From: Lysobacterales bacterium
Lineage (GTDB): Bacteria > Pseudomonadota > Gammaproteobacteria > Xanthomonadales > Ahniellaceae
Reading direction: 5' to 3'
Length of the DNA stretch: 64,000 nt
Assembly (NCBI GenBank): GCA_043753835.1
Contig: JAYUVY010000089.1
Location: 6,828-70,827 of the forward strand
Of this stretch, positions 16,256 to 26,252 are shown one piece after another. Made by a program: the position numbers and the translations under genes. Below the pieces are notes generated by a model that worked only from the letters and a program-made list of their open reading frames with translations, ran no database searches and was not told where the DNA came from. Positions within the stretch are counted from its first letter, which is position 1; each line of letters begins with the position of its first letter.

Positions 16256-17818
16256 ATGACATTGAAAAGCGAGCGCCTGCTGATCTTCGATACGACGCTG
16301 CGCGACGGCGAGCAGAGTCCGGGTTGCACGCTGAATCGTGCGCAGAAATTGCGCATGGCCGAAGCGCTGGCTGCGCTCGGTGTCGACATCATCGAGGCCG
16401 GCTATCCGAATGCGTCGGAAGACGACTTCGAAGCGGTCCGCCAGATCGCACGCCAGCTGCGCGACGTCAGCGTCTGCGGGCTCGCGCGCTGCAATGAGGC
16501 CGACATCAATGCGACCGCCGCGGCACTGCGTGATGCCGCCCATCCGCGCATCCATGTGTTCATCGCGTCCAGTCCGATCCATCGCGAGATGAAGCTGAAG
16601 ATGAGCGCGGATCAGGTGATCGAGCGCGCCGTCGCCGGGGTGCGCCAGGCGCGCGCGTTGTGTGCCGATGTCGAGTTCTCGGCGGAAGATGCGACTCGCT
16701 CGGAACCCGAATTCCTGATTCGCCTGTTCAATGCCGCGATCGACGCCGGTGCGCGCACCATCAATGTCCCGGATACCGTCGGCTTCACCACGCCCGGCGA
16801 ATATGGCGACTTGATCCGGATGTTGAAGCGCGAGGTCATCGGCATCGACGGTGTCGTGATCAGTACCCATTGCCACGACGACCTCGGGCTTGCCGCGGCA
16901 AACAGTCTGGCTGCGGTCGAGGCCGGCGCGCGTCAGGTCGAGTGCACCTTGACCGGCATCGGCGAACGCGCCGGCAATGCCGCGATGGAAGAGATCGTGA
17001 TGGCGTTACGCACCCGTGCCGACCGCTATGGCGTGCACACCAATGTCCGCACGCCGCGCATCTATGGCGCTGCGCGGCTGCTGTCCTCGTTCATCGGCCA
17101 ACCGATTGCGCGCAACAAGGCGATCATCGGCGAGAACGCGTTTGCGCACGAGTCCGGCATCCATCAGCACGGCATGATCGCCGATCGCACCACCTACGAA
17201 ATCATGAAGCCCGAAGACATCGGTGTGCCGGCCTCGCAGCTGATCCTCGGCAAACACAGCGGTCGCGCCGCGGTGCGCGAGCGCCTGATGGCACTCGGCT
17301 TCCGCATCCAGGACAGTGAACTCGATCTGTTGATGCAGAACTACAAGCGTCTGGCTGATCGCAAAAAGGAAGTGTTCGATGCCGATCTCGAAGCGCTGTG
17401 GCTCGGCGTCGACGAGGCCGCGGAGCAGCCATGGCGCTTGAACGCGCTGCACGTCGCGACCTCGGTCGGCACCAGCAACGAGCCGACCGCGAGCATTTCG
17501 CTGACCGATGCAAACGGCCAGACCGTGCGTGAGGCGGCCCTAGGCGACGGTCCGATCGACGCGATTGCGAATGCGCTGATGCGTGCGACCGGACTGCGTC
17601 TCGACGTGCATGACTTCGCGATCCAGAGCGTGACCACCGGCGGCGATGCCCAGGGTCGTGCCAGCGTGCGCGTGACCCACGAGGGTCGCGAATACCGCGG
17701 CCAGGCCGTCAGTACCGATGTGATCGAAGCTTCGGCGCGCGCCCTGCTCGATGCCGTCAACCGAATTGCCGCGGTCAATGCGGCCCGCGAACGCCAGTTC
17801 GCCGCAACCGGAACCTGA
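16256..17818 (+). CDS. leuA: 2-isopropylmalate synthase
   Basis: LLIFDTTLRDGEQSPG...HCHDDLGLAAANSLAAVEAGARQVECTLTGIGERAGNA plus the C-terminal LeuA dimerisation/regulatory domain. Confidence 0.92.
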   Translation: MTLKSERLLIFDTTLRDGEQSPGCTLNRAQKLRMAEALAALGVDIIEAGYPNASEDDFEAVRQIARQLRDVSVCGLARCNEADINATAAALRDAAHPRIHVFIASSPIHREMKLKMSADQVIERAVAGVRQARALCADVEFSAEDATRSEPEFLIRLFNAAIDAGARTINVPDTVGFTTPGEYGDLIRMLKREVIGIDGVVISTHCHDDLGLAAANSLAAVEAGARQVECTLTGIGERAGNAAMEEIVMALRTRADRYGVHTNVRTPRIYGAARLLSSFIGQPIARNKAIIGENAFAHESGIHQHGMIADRTTYEIMKPEDIGVPASQLILGKHSGRAAVRERLMALGFRIQDSELDLLMQNYKRLADRKKEVFDADLEALWLGVDEAAEQPWRLNALHVATSVGTSNEPTASISLTDANGQTVREAALGDGPIDAIANALMRATGLRLDVHDFAIQSVTTGGDAQGRASVRVTHEGREYRGQAVSTDVIEASARALLDAVNRIAAVNAARERQFAATGT

Positions 17819-17821
17819 TCC

Positions 17822-19249
17822 ATGAATCCGACCACCTTGTTCAAAAAAATCTGGAACACACATCTGGTCGAGGCCGCGGCGGCCGAACTGCCGGCGGTGC
17901 TGTACATCGACTTGCACCTGGTGCACGAGGTCACCTCGCCGCAGGCGTTTTCGCTGCTGCGCGAGCGCGGTCTGCGCGTGCGCGAGCCGAAGCGCACGCT
18001 GGCGACACTCGATCATTCGACGCCGACGACGCCGATGAACGCCGACGGTTCACGCGACTATCTCGATGAGGCGACACGCCTGCAGGTCGCCGCGCTGGTG
18101 CGCAACTGCGCCGATTTTGCGGTGCCGCTGCATGGCTACGATTCTCCGGATCGCGGCATCGTGCATGTGATGGCGCCTGAGCTCGGCGCGACGCAACCGG
18201 GCATGACCATCGTCTGCGGCGACAGCCACACCAGCACCCATGGTGCGTTCGGCGCGCTCGCTTTCGGTATCGGCAGCACCGAAGTCGGGCACGTGCTGGC
18301 GACGCAATGTCTACTGCAGCAACGCCCGAAGACCATGGCCGTGAACGTGCGCGGGCGCTTGCCTTCGGGCATCAGCGCCAAGGATATGACTCTGCACATC
18401 GTTGGGGCCGTTGGGGTCTCCGGTGGCACCGGTCATGTCATCGAATTCCGTGGCGACGCGATCCGCGCGCTGACCATGGAAGAGCGCATGACCCTGTGCA
18501 ACATGTCGATCGAAATGGGCGCGCGCGCCGGATTGATTGCGCCTGATGCGACCACGATCGAGTGGTTGCGTGGGCGCCGGTTTCTGCCGCAGGGCGCGGC
18601 GTTCGATGCGCTCGCGGCACGCTGGCGGACGCTCATCACCGACGCAGATGCGCGTTTCGATCGTGAAATCGACATCGATGCCAGCGCGATCGGACCAACC
18701 GTCACCTGGGGCACGGATCCGGGCAAGGTCACTGCGATCGATGCATTGCTGCCGCTGCGGGACGCCGCGAATGCGCGCGCCTTCGATTACATGCGCGTGA
18801 CCCCGGGCGCGCGTATCGGGGGCGAGCGCGTCGATGTCGTGTTCGTCGGCAGTTGCACGAATTCGCGCATCAATGATCTGCGCGACGCTGCTGCGGTATT
18901 GCGCGGTCGGCGGATCGCCGCGCATGTGCGCATGCTGGTGGTGCCAGGTTCGGAGCGCATCAAGCGCGAAGCGGAGGCCGAGGGTCTCGATCGCGTGTTT
19001 CGTGCCGCTGGTGCCGAATGGCGCGAGCCCGGTTGTTCGATGTGTCTCGGCATGAATGGCGACATCGCGAAGCCCGGCGAACTCGTGGTCAGCACCAGCA
19101 ACCGCAACTTCGAAGGTCGTCAGGGCAAGGGTGTGCGTACCGTGCTCGCGAGTCCCGCCACCGCAGCGGCGTCGGCACTCGCCGGCGTCATCGCCGACCC
19201 GCGCGCGTATTTGCAGCAAGAACGTCTGCAGCAGGAGGCCGCAGCATGA
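17822..19249 (+). CDS. leuC: 3-isopropylmalate dehydratase large subunit
   Basis: Aconitase-family motifs [23 protein letters not shown] and [14 protein letters not shown]...[10 protein letters not shown]. Confidence 0.92.
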   Translation: MNPTTLFKKIWNTHLVEAAAAELPAVLYIDLHLVHEVTSPQAFSLLRERGLRVREPKRTLATLDHSTPTTPMNADGSRDYLDEATRLQVAALVRNCADFAVPLHGYDSPDRGIVHVMAPELGATQPGMTIVCGDSHTSTHGAFGALAFGIGSTEVGHVLATQCLLQQRPKTMAVNVRGRLPSGISAKDMTLHIVGAVGVSGGTGHVIEFRGDAIRALTMEERMTLCNMSIEMGARAGLIAPDATTIEWLRGRRFLPQGAAFDALAARWRTLITDADARFDREIDIDASAIGPTVTWGTDPGKVTAIDALLPLRDAANARAFDYMRVTPGARIGGERVDVVFVGSCTNSRINDLRDAAAVLRGRRIAAHVRMLVVPGSERIKREAEAEGLDRVFRAAGAEWREPGCSMCLGMNGDIAKPGELVVSTSNRNFEGRQGKGVRTVLASPATAAASALAGVIADPRAYLQQERLQQEAAA

Positions 19250-19836
19250 ACGCGATCGAGTCCATTTCAGCGCGCAGCGTCGCGCTGCCGATCAGCAATA
19301 TCGATACCGACCAGATCATTCCGGCGCGCTTTCTGACGACGACGACGCGCGCCGGACTCGGCCGTCATGCGTTCCAGGATTGGCGCTGGTTGCCCGACGG
19401 GGCACCGAACCCGGAGTTCGTCTTGAATCGTCCCGAACATGCCGGGGCCGGTGTGTTGATCGCGGGCGACAATTTCGGTTGCGGCTCCTCGCGCGAACAT
19501 GCGCCCTGGGCCTTGCTCGATGCCGGCATCCGCGCCGTGATCAGCACCGCGCTCGCTGACATCTTCCGCAACAACGCGCTGAAGAACGGTCTGCTCGCCA
19601 TTGTCGTCGCGCCCGCCGAACACGCGGGCCTGCTCGCGGCGGCGGGCGAGTCACTGACCATCGATCTGCGCACGCAACGCATCGAACGTGCGGGCCATGC
19701 GCCGATCGCGTTCACGATCGATCCGTTCGCACGTCAGTGCCTGCTCGATGGCGTCGATGAACTTGGCTATCTGTTGGCGCGCAGTGACGCGATCACTCGC
19801 TTCGAAGCAACGCGCTCGACCGGAGCGCGCGCATGA
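19246..19836 (+). CDS. leuD: 3-isopropylmalate dehydratase small subunit
   Basis: The internal ATG shares an ATGA overlap with the leuC stop. [30 protein letters not shown]...[17 protein letters not shown]. Confidence 0.9.
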   Translation: MNAIESISARSVALPISNIDTDQIIPARFLTTTTRAGLGRHAFQDWRWLPDGAPNPEFVLNRPEHAGAGVLIAGDNFGCGSSREHAPWALLDAGIRAVISTALADIFRNNALKNGLLAIVVAPAEHAGLLAAAGESLTIDLRTQRIERAGHAPIAFTIDPFARQCLLDGVDELGYLLARSDAITRFEATRSTGARA

Positions 19837-20903
19837 GCCGGCGTATCGTGGTGCTCGGCGGTGACGGCATTGGTCCAGAAGTCACCGGTGCTGCCGTCGA
19901 GGTGTTGCGTGTTCTCGATACGCGCTTCGGACTCGGTCTGCAGTTCGACGCGCAGCCCTTCGGCGGCGCTGCGATCGATGCGCACGGCGAGCCTTTACCG
20001 CAATCGGTCCTAGCCGCTAGCCGCGCAGCAGACGCGATCTTGCTCGGCGCCGTCGGCGGCCCCAAGTGGGCGAGGGTGCCGGTCGCGATTCGTCCGGAAG
20101 CGGGCTTGCTCAAACTGCGCAGCGAGCTCGGTTTGTACGCGAACATCCGTCCCTTGCAGGTGCATCCGGCTCTGGTCGACGCATCGCCGCTGAAGCCTGA
20201 GCGCATCCGCGATGTCGACTTGGTCGTGGTGCGCGAATTGACCGGTGGCATCTACTTCGGTGCGCGCAGCAGAACCGAGACCCGCGCCACCGACGAATGC
20301 GCCTATAGCGTCACTGAGGTCGAACGCGTCACGCGCACCGCGGCCCGCCTCGCCCGTACGCGGCGCGGCAAGCTCACCTCGGTCGACAAGGCCAACGTGC
20401 TCGAAACATCGCGCCTGTGGCGGGATGTGGTGACACGCGTGCTGTGCGACGAATTTGCCGACGTGGAGGTTGAGCACCTGCTGGTCGACGCGATGGCGAT
20501 GTATCTGGTCAGCCGCCCGCGCGACTTCGATGTCATCGTCACCGAGAACCTGTTCGGCGACATCCTCACCGACGAATGTGCGGCCGTTTCCGGCTCGCTC
20601 GGTCTGATGCCGAGTGCCTCGCTCGGCGATTCCGGTCCCGGCCTGTACGAACCGATCCACGGCTCGGCACCGGATATCGCAGGCCTTGGTGTCGCCAATC
20701 CGTACGGCACGATCTTCAGCGCCGCGATGATGTTGCGCCAGTCACTGCACGCCCCCGAAGCCGCAGCGGCACTGGAATCCGCTGCCTATGCTGCGATCAG
20801 CGACGGCGTACGCACCCGCGACATCGGCGGCGCCGCCACCACCGCCGAAGCGACGTCCGCGGTCATCGAGCGCATCAATATGGCGCGCGCGGCTGCGGCA
20901 TGA
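19833..20903 (+). CDS. leuB: 3-isopropylmalate dehydrogenase
   Basis: IVVLGGDGIGPEV...NLFGDILTDECAAVSGSLGLMPSASL...YEPIHGSAPDIAG. Confidence 0.92.
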   Translation: MSRRIVVLGGDGIGPEVTGAAVEVLRVLDTRFGLGLQFDAQPFGGAAIDAHGEPLPQSVLAASRAADAILLGAVGGPKWARVPVAIRPEAGLLKLRSELGLYANIRPLQVHPALVDASPLKPERIRDVDLVVVRELTGGIYFGARSRTETRATDECAYSVTEVERVTRTAARLARTRRGKLTSVDKANVLETSRLWRDVVTRVLCDEFADVEVEHLLVDAMAMYLVSRPRDFDVIVTENLFGDILTDECAAVSGSLGLMPSASLGDSGPGLYEPIHGSAPDIAGLGVANPYGTIFSAAMMLRQSLHAPEAAAALESAAYAAISDGVRTRDIGGAATTAEATSAVIERINMARAAAA

Positions 20904-20916
20904 ATTGTCTTCAGGA

Positions 20917-21210
20917 CTATTCGCGCTCGCGCCAATAACCGGGTCGTCGATGTTGGTGTGCGACGACGATGATCTTTACGCTTTGATCAACAACTCGGAA
21001 AATCAGCGAGTATGGGAAACGCCGAAGCGGAAACGTTCGACGACCATTCGACGTCGGTGAGCCAAGGCCATGGTTCGCGCTGATCATTTGAGCAGCGCGT
21101 TCGAACTCCGCGAGGAAGCTTGCGGCTACGACGGGGCCGGCCTCTTTTGTGTAGAACGCGGCGGCGCCTGCGATCTCTTTTGCCGCTGCGAGGGTGAGAA
21201 AGTAGCTCAA
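20917..21210 (-). CDS. parE: type II toxin, RelE/ParE superfamily (ParE-like)
   Basis: 97 aa. The fold pattern is RRFPYSLIFRVVDQSVKIIVVAHQHRRPGYW. It overlaps the upstream antitoxin-like ORF by 4 nt and has lower GC than leuB. Confidence 0.7.
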   Translation of the reverse strand: MSYFLTLAAAKEIAGAAAFYTKEAGPVVAASFLAEFERAAQMISANHGLGSPTSNGRRTFPLRRFPYSLIFRVVDQSVKIIVVAHQHRRPGYWRERE

Positions 21211-21431
21211 GCGAGCTTGTTGCGAAGATTCGCGATCACCTCATCGCCCGGCAGCCATTCGGCCTTCCCCGACGCAATTTCCGCTTCGCGCCGATCCGCC
21301 TCGGCCATCCACGCCTGTTCCCACTCCGGATCAGAGTCCAAGCTCACAATCAGTCGCTCCAGCAATCGCGCGCGCTCGACTGGTGCCAGTTGCAACGCTT
21401 CGGCTTCCAGTAGTTCGACAGAACGGGCCAT
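21207..21431 (-). CDS. addiction-module antitoxin-like protein
   Basis: Internal start gives MARSVELLEAEALQLAPVERARLLERLIVSLDSDPEWEQAWMAEADRREAEIASGKAEWLPGDEV, typical of the small 'putative addiction module component' family. Overlaps parE by 4 nt. Confidence 0.65.
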   Translation of the reverse strand: MARSVELLEAEALQLAPVERARLLERLIVSLDSDPEWEQAWMAEADRREAEIASGKAEWLPGDEVIANLRNKLA

Positions 21432-21552
21432 GGTGTGCTCCAAATTTGCGCGCAAAGCTTGCCACAAATCCTGTTGGCGGATCGATGTCACAACCATTGC
21501 AATGGGTCAAATGCTGCCAAGCAACGGCGCGTTCGCCAGTTGCGCTGAAGTC

Positions 21553-21810
21553 TCAGGCAAGTAGCGTCGCAACCATCTCTGCCAACGCGAAAAATAGAAC
21601 GATCAGCATGCCCACGAACCAGAGCAGCAACGCGCGCGGCGTCCATCCGGTGGGTGTCTTTCCAGTTGGGTCGAACAGCGGGGCCCGCTTGAAAAACGAG
21701 CGTGCCCCGGGTGCCTCCGGATTGCGCCGGTAGTGAACCAGCGCGATCACAAAGATCGCGATGTTGAACACTCCGAGGACGATCCACCAATTTTCGGCAA
21801 GCCAATGCAT
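21553..21810 (-). CDS. small two-TM membrane protein, hypothetical
   Basis: The internal ATG follows CTGGAG. MHWLAENWWIVLGVFNIAIFVIALVHY...LLLWFVGMLIVLFFALAEMVATLLA. The rest of the 371-aa track ORF has no protein-like features. Confidence 0.5.
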   Translation of the reverse strand: MHWLAENWWIVLGVFNIAIFVIALVHYRRNPEAPGARSFFKRAPLFDPTGKTPTGWTPRALLLWFVGMLIVLFFALAEMVATLLA

Positions 21811-21824
21811 GATCGACTCCAGAT

Positions 21825-22235
21825 TCAGCCGACGGCCGCCAACAGCGCATGCGCCCGCAGTGACTGATAAATGCACAGGCCGCCGCAGACCAGCAACAAC
21901 AGGAAGGTCAGGGCGGTGCCCCAGAAGCGGCCGAACTTGAAACCGTCGGTGAAGGACAGGGCGTAGCCGTGCAGCAGACGTGCGATCAGCAAGGTGGCAC
22001 CGAGGGTGTGCATCAGCCATGCCGGCCATTGTCCGAATTCGAGCATCGCGATCATCAGCAGGATGAAGGGCACGTACTCGGCGAAATTGCCGTGCGCGCG
22101 GATGCGCCGCAGAAGCACCGGGTTGCCGCCGTCGCCGAGGCTGGGCTGACCCGGTCCGCGCATCTGGATGATGCGATAGCTCAGCACGAAGTAGAGGATC
22201 GCCAGTAAACCGGCATAGATCGGGGTGATCAACAT
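21825..22235 (-). CDS. MAPEG-family membrane protein (glutathione-transferase-like)
   Basis: ITPIYAGLLAILYFVLSYRIIQMR...RRIRAHGNFAEYVPFILLMIAMLE...ARLLHGY. Confidence 0.8.
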   Translation of the reverse strand: MLITPIYAGLLAILYFVLSYRIIQMRGPGQPSLGDGGNPVLLRRIRAHGNFAEYVPFILLMIAMLEFGQWPAWLMHTLGATLLIARLLHGYALSFTDGFKFGRFWGTALTFLLLLVCGGLCIYQSLRAHALLAAVG

Positions 22236-22369
22236 GGCGCATGTTCCTCTTGAGCAAAGCCATCAGGCCGGGTCGGGCGAGCATAGCCAAGGCGCCTCGA
22301 GCGCTGGGTGATGTTCGCGGAGTCATCGGCACGATCGTGTGACAAGAAGATACAATTGCCGCCTGACCC

Positions 22370-24838
22370 ATGGACCGGACTCGATCAATGCTGCGATTTG
22401 TGCGTACCGTGCTGCTGGTCTGCAGCTTGCCGATTTGTGCTGTGGCGCTGGCCACATCGCCCAAGGGGCAAGCGAAACACGGCTTTGCCTGCACCGGCGG
22501 TTTCGCCGACGGGTATCCGTGCAGCAACGTCGACTTGAAGAGTCGGATCAGTCTCGCCGCTTTCGGTTCGACGGCCGGCAGCTCGCTGTGGGGCTGGACG
22601 GACCCGGACACGCAACGCGAATACGCGCTGATGGGCTTGAACGACGGCACCGCCTTCGTCGACATCACCGTCGCCGACCATCCGGTCTATCTCGGCAAGT
22701 TGCCGAAGCAGTCGGTGAATTCGATCTGGCGTGAGCTGAAGACTTACGGCTATTACGCCTACATCGTGTCCGAGGCGGTCGATCACGGCATGCAGGTGTT
22801 CGATCTGCGGCGTCTGCGCAATGTCGCCAATCCGCCGCAGGTGTTCGTCGCCGATAACGTCTACACGCAGATCGGGCGCGCGCACAACGTCGTCGTCAAC
22901 AACCAAAGCGGCTATGCCTACGTTACCGGTAGCCGTCAGGGCGCGCAGATGTGTGGCAATGGCCTGCACTTCATCGATCTCGCCAATCCGGTCGTACCAG
23001 TGTTTGCCGGCTGTTTTTCGTCGGACGGATATACCCATGACGCGCAATGCGTGAACTACCAGGGGCCGGACCTCGACTACGTCGGCCACGAAATCTGTTT
23101 CGCCGCGAACGAAGACACGCTGACCATCGTCGACGTCACCAACAAGGCCAATCCGGTACAGATCATTCGCCTCGCCAATCCTTATCCCGGCGTGCGCTAC
23201 CTGCATCAGGGCTGGTTGACCGAGGACAGTCGCTATTTTCTGATCAATGACGAACTCGACGAGCAGAACAACGGCCACAACGCCAAAACCTACGTGATGA
23301 ACGTCAGCAATCTCGATGCGCCGGTGTTGCACACGACCTTTGTCAGCAGCCTGCCGAACATCGATCACAATCTGTTCGTCAAGGGTCGCTTTGCCTATCA
23401 GGCGAACTATCGCGCCGGGCTGCGCGTGCTCGATATCGGTCGCCTCGATGAGAGCCTGGTCACCGAGGTGGCCTACTTCGACACGTTTCCGAGCAGCAAC
23501 ACGGCCCAGTTCAACGGCGCCTGGAATGTCTATCCGTTCTTCGCCAGCGGCCACGTCATCATCAGCGATATCGAAAGTGGTCTGTTCGTGGTGAAACCGC
23601 AGCTGTGCCCGGTCTTGCCGACGCCGTCCGCGCCGGTCGTTGCGACGACGCTCGCGAAACAGACGGATCTGCAGTTCGCGACGCCGCCGGCGGGCATGAG
23701 CATCGACGTGCTGCGTCGTTATGACGGATGCGCCGGTGCGCCGGTGCAAATTGCCAGCGGCTTACTCGGCACCGCATTTGCGGATGTCGGTGTGTCCGGC
23801 CAGGTGCCGCTCGGTTATGCCATTCGTTATCGCGACAACACGCAGTCGCAGTGCACGTCGGCAGTGAGTGCCTGCGTGCCGGTGCAAGCGGCCGGCAACT
23901 GCAGCGCGCCGCCGGCATTCGCGGGCGTCGCCAGTGTGACCTCGGCGCCGTCCGCGATTTGTGCGATCGATAGCGCCTGGACGGCCGCGCAATCGCGCTG
24001 CGGTGGATCGATCGGCTACACGGTCGAACGCAGCGCGGGTGCGAGCTTCGATCCAAAGACCGCGGTCACGCTGGCCACCGATCTGACCACGACCAACTTT
24101 GTCGACAGCTCGGTGAGCGCGCCGGGTGTCTGGAGCTATCGCGTGCGCGCCGTCGACTCGGCCACCGGTCTCGGCGACAGCAATAGCGTGACGCTCAATG
24201 CGTCGGCGGCCGGCGCCATCGCGAATGGCAGCTTCAAGACCGGCGCCGAACGGGGCGAGGAATGGTTGGGCGCATCGGGCAGCTCGCTGCTGGGTTCGGT
24301 TGCTACGGTGCCGGTTCAGTCCAAGCATGTCGCCTGGGAAGTGAGCCAGAGCACAGCCGCCAGCGGCACCCAGAGTTATCATTCGGGTGCTGGACGTTCC
24401 GAATGTCTGGCGATGACGTCGCGCGACTTCCAGATCACGCCGGGACAAACCGCCACGCTGCAATTCAAGCAACGCTTCGACCTGCTCGCGGGACAGGACG
24501 CCGGACTGGTGCAGGTCTCGACCAATGGCGGGAGCACCTGGCAGACCGTCACCCCGACCGGCGCCTATCCGTCGACCGTCGCTGCCGTCAGTAGCAACGC
24601 CTGCGGATTTTCCGCCGGCACGCCGGTGTTTTCCGGCAGTAATCTGGCCTGGCATCCGCGCAGCATCACACTCAGCGGTTTGACCGGATCGTTGCGTTTC
24701 CGCTTCATGTTTTCGTCCAGCGCCAATTCCGGCAATCTCGGTTGGTGGATCGACGACGTTGTGCTCAACCAGGTGCAGGTGCCGGGCACCTGTGCCGTGC
24801 AGCCGTTGCTGTTGCTCGACGGCTTCGAAGGCGAATAA
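22370..24838 (+). CDS. large secreted choice-of-anchor-B/LVIVD-repeat-like protein with FN3-like and jelly-roll C-terminal domains, ending in DGFEGE
   Basis: Signal peptide MLRFVRTVLLVCSLPICAVALA. N-terminal region SSLWGWTDPDTQREYALMGLNDGTAFVDIT...YAYIVSEAVDHGMQVFDL. FN3-like segment GYTVERSAG...YRVRAVDSATG. The C-terminus is ...QPLLLLDGFEGE-stop. Confidence 0.75.
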   Translation: MDRTRSMLRFVRTVLLVCSLPICAVALATSPKGQAKHGFACTGGFADGYPCSNVDLKSRISLAAFGSTAGSSLWGWTDPDTQREYALMGLNDGTAFVDITVADHPVYLGKLPKQSVNSIWRELKTYGYYAYIVSEAVDHGMQVFDLRRLRNVANPPQVFVADNVYTQIGRAHNVVVNNQSGYAYVTGSRQGAQMCGNGLHFIDLANPVVPVFAGCFSSDGYTHDAQCVNYQGPDLDYVGHEICFAANEDTLTIVDVTNKANPVQIIRLANPYPGVRYLHQGWLTEDSRYFLINDELDEQNNGHNAKTYVMNVSNLDAPVLHTTFVSSLPNIDHNLFVKGRFAYQANYRAGLRVLDIGRLDESLVTEVAYFDTFPSSNTAQFNGAWNVYPFFASGHVIISDIESGLFVVKPQLCPVLPTPSAPVVATTLAKQTDLQFATPPAGMSIDVLRRYDGCAGAPVQIASGLLGTAFADVGVSGQVPLGYAIRYRDNTQSQCTSAVSACVPVQAAGNCSAPPAFAGVASVTSAPSAICAIDSAWTAAQSRCGGSIGYTVERSAGASFDPKTAVTLATDLTTTNFVDSSVSAPGVWSYRVRAVDSATGLGDSNSVTLNASAAGAIANGSFKTGAERGEEWLGASGSSLLGSVATVPVQSKHVAWEVSQSTAASGTQSYHSGAGRSECLAMTSRDFQITPGQTATLQFKQRFDLLAGQDAGLVQVSTNGGSTWQTVTPTGAYPSTVAAVSSNACGFSAGTPVFSGSNLAWHPRSITLSGLTGSLRFRFMFSSSANSGNLGWWIDDVVLNQVQVPGTCAVQPLLLLDGFEGE

Positions 24839-24885
24839 CGGTCGCGCCGGCAGCGATGCCGGTGCCCAGCCGCTAGAATTGCCGC

Positions 24886-25443
24886 ATGAGCAAACTCCCC
24901 ATCATCCATGCCCGCCGCATGCTCGGCGAAGGCAGTCGTTTTCCGGTCGAACAGATCGATCTGGAATTCAGCAACGGCGAACGCCGCACGTACGAGCGCA
25001 TGCCCGGCTCCGGTCGCGGTGCGGTGATCATCGTGCCAATGCGCGATCCGGAAACCGTGTTGCTGATCCGCGAATACGCCGCCGGCCTGCATGCCTATGA
25101 ACTCGGTTTGCCGAAGGGTCGACTTGAGCGCGGCGAAGACGTCATCGAAGGCGCCGATCGCGAGCTGAAGGAAGAAGTCGGTTACGGCGCGCGCAAGTTG
25201 ACGATTCTGCGCACCCTGTCATTGGCACCGGGCTACATGGCGCATGTCACCCACGTCGTGCTGGCCGAGGATCTGTATCCGGAGCGATTGCAGGGTGACG
25301 AGCCTGAAGAGCTGGAAGTCGTGCCCTGGCGGCTTGATGCATTGCATGAACTTGTCGAACGCGAGGACGTGACCGAGGGCCGCTCAATCGCCGCGCTGTT
25401 TCTCGCGCGCGAACTGCTGCAACGACGAGTGTCCGGCGCATGA
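24886..25443 (+). CDS. nudE: ADP compounds hydrolase NudE (Nudix)
   Basis: Nudix box GLPKGRLERGEDVIEGADRELKEEVGY, NudE-like length, and a position upstream of cysQ. Confidence 0.8.
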   Translation: MSKLPIIHARRMLGEGSRFPVEQIDLEFSNGERRTYERMPGSGRGAVIIVPMRDPETVLLIREYAAGLHAYELGLPKGRLERGEDVIEGADRELKEEVGYGARKLTILRTLSLAPGYMAHVTHVVLAEDLYPERLQGDEPEELEVVPWRLDALHELVEREDVTEGRSIAALFLARELLQRRVSGA

Positions 25444-26252
25444 GTGGCGTGATCACGCCGGCCCTGCTGGATGCACTTAGAACCCTCGCTGCCACTGCTG
25501 CCGACGCCATCATGGCGGTGTATCGGCAAAGTTTTGAAGTCTCGAGCAAGGACGACCGTACGCCGCTGACAGAAGCCGATCTGGCCTCACATCGCATCCT
25601 GGTCGACGGCCTGCGCTCGCTGACCCCGGAGATCCCGGTGCTGTCTGAAGAATCGTCTGCGCATGAAGTCAGCGAACGCCGCAGCTGGTCGCGTTACTGG
25701 TGCGTCGACCCGCTCGACGGCACGCGTGAATTCGTCAAGCGCAACGACGAATTCTGTATTTGTATCGCCTTGATCGAGGACGGCGCGCCGGTGCTCGGCC
25801 TGGTGCATGCACCGGTCAGCAGACGCTGCCATTTCGCGGCACGCGGCCTCGGTGCTCACATTGCGGAGGCCGATGGCGCCTTACGTGAGTTGCATGCGGT
25901 CAACGTCGCGCAGACCTGGCGGGTCGCCGGCAGTCGCTCGCATGGCGATGCGCGCAGCGACGGCGTGCTGGCGAAAATCGGCACGCATGAACACCGCGCG
26001 ATGGGTTCGGCCCTGAAGTTCGGTCTGATCGCCGAGGGCGCGGCCGATCTCTATCTGCGCTTCGGTCCGACCAGCGAGTGGGATACCGCCGCAGGTCAAT
26101 GCATCGTCGAAGTTTCCGGGGGCAGCGTGCTCGATCTGCATGGCGAACCGCTGCGTTACAACCAGCACGAGAGCGTGCTGAATCCGGATTTTGTCGCAAT
26201 GGGTGCGCTTGATGCCGAGCAACGCGCACGCGTATTCGAGGCGATGGCATGA
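25440..26252 (+). CDS. cysQ: 3'(2'),5'-bisphosphate nucleotidase
   Basis: Inositol-monophosphatase-family motifs VLSEES...WCVDPLDGTREF and WDTAAGQCIVE. Confidence 0.85.
   Translation: MSGVITPALLDALRTLAATAADAIMAVYRQSFEVSSKDDRTPLTEADLASHRILVDGLRSLTPEIPVLSEESSAHEVSERRSWSRYWCVDPLDGTREFVKRNDEFCICIALIEDGAPVLGLVHAPVSRRCHFAARGLGAHIAEADGALRELHAVNVAQTWRVAGSRSHGDARSDGVLAKIGTHEHRAMGSALKFGLIAEGAADLYLRFGPTSEWDTAAGQCIVEVSGGSVLDLHGEPLRYNQHESVLNPDFVAMGALDAEQRARVFEAMA

Noticed and set aside
21811-22668. Upstream part of the 371-aa minus-strand ORF 21553..22668
   Set aside because: It runs across the MAPEG gene in another frame and across the start of the 22370 gene on the other strand, and shows no protein-like features. 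Only the last 85 codons, which have a good RBS and two TM helices, were kept.
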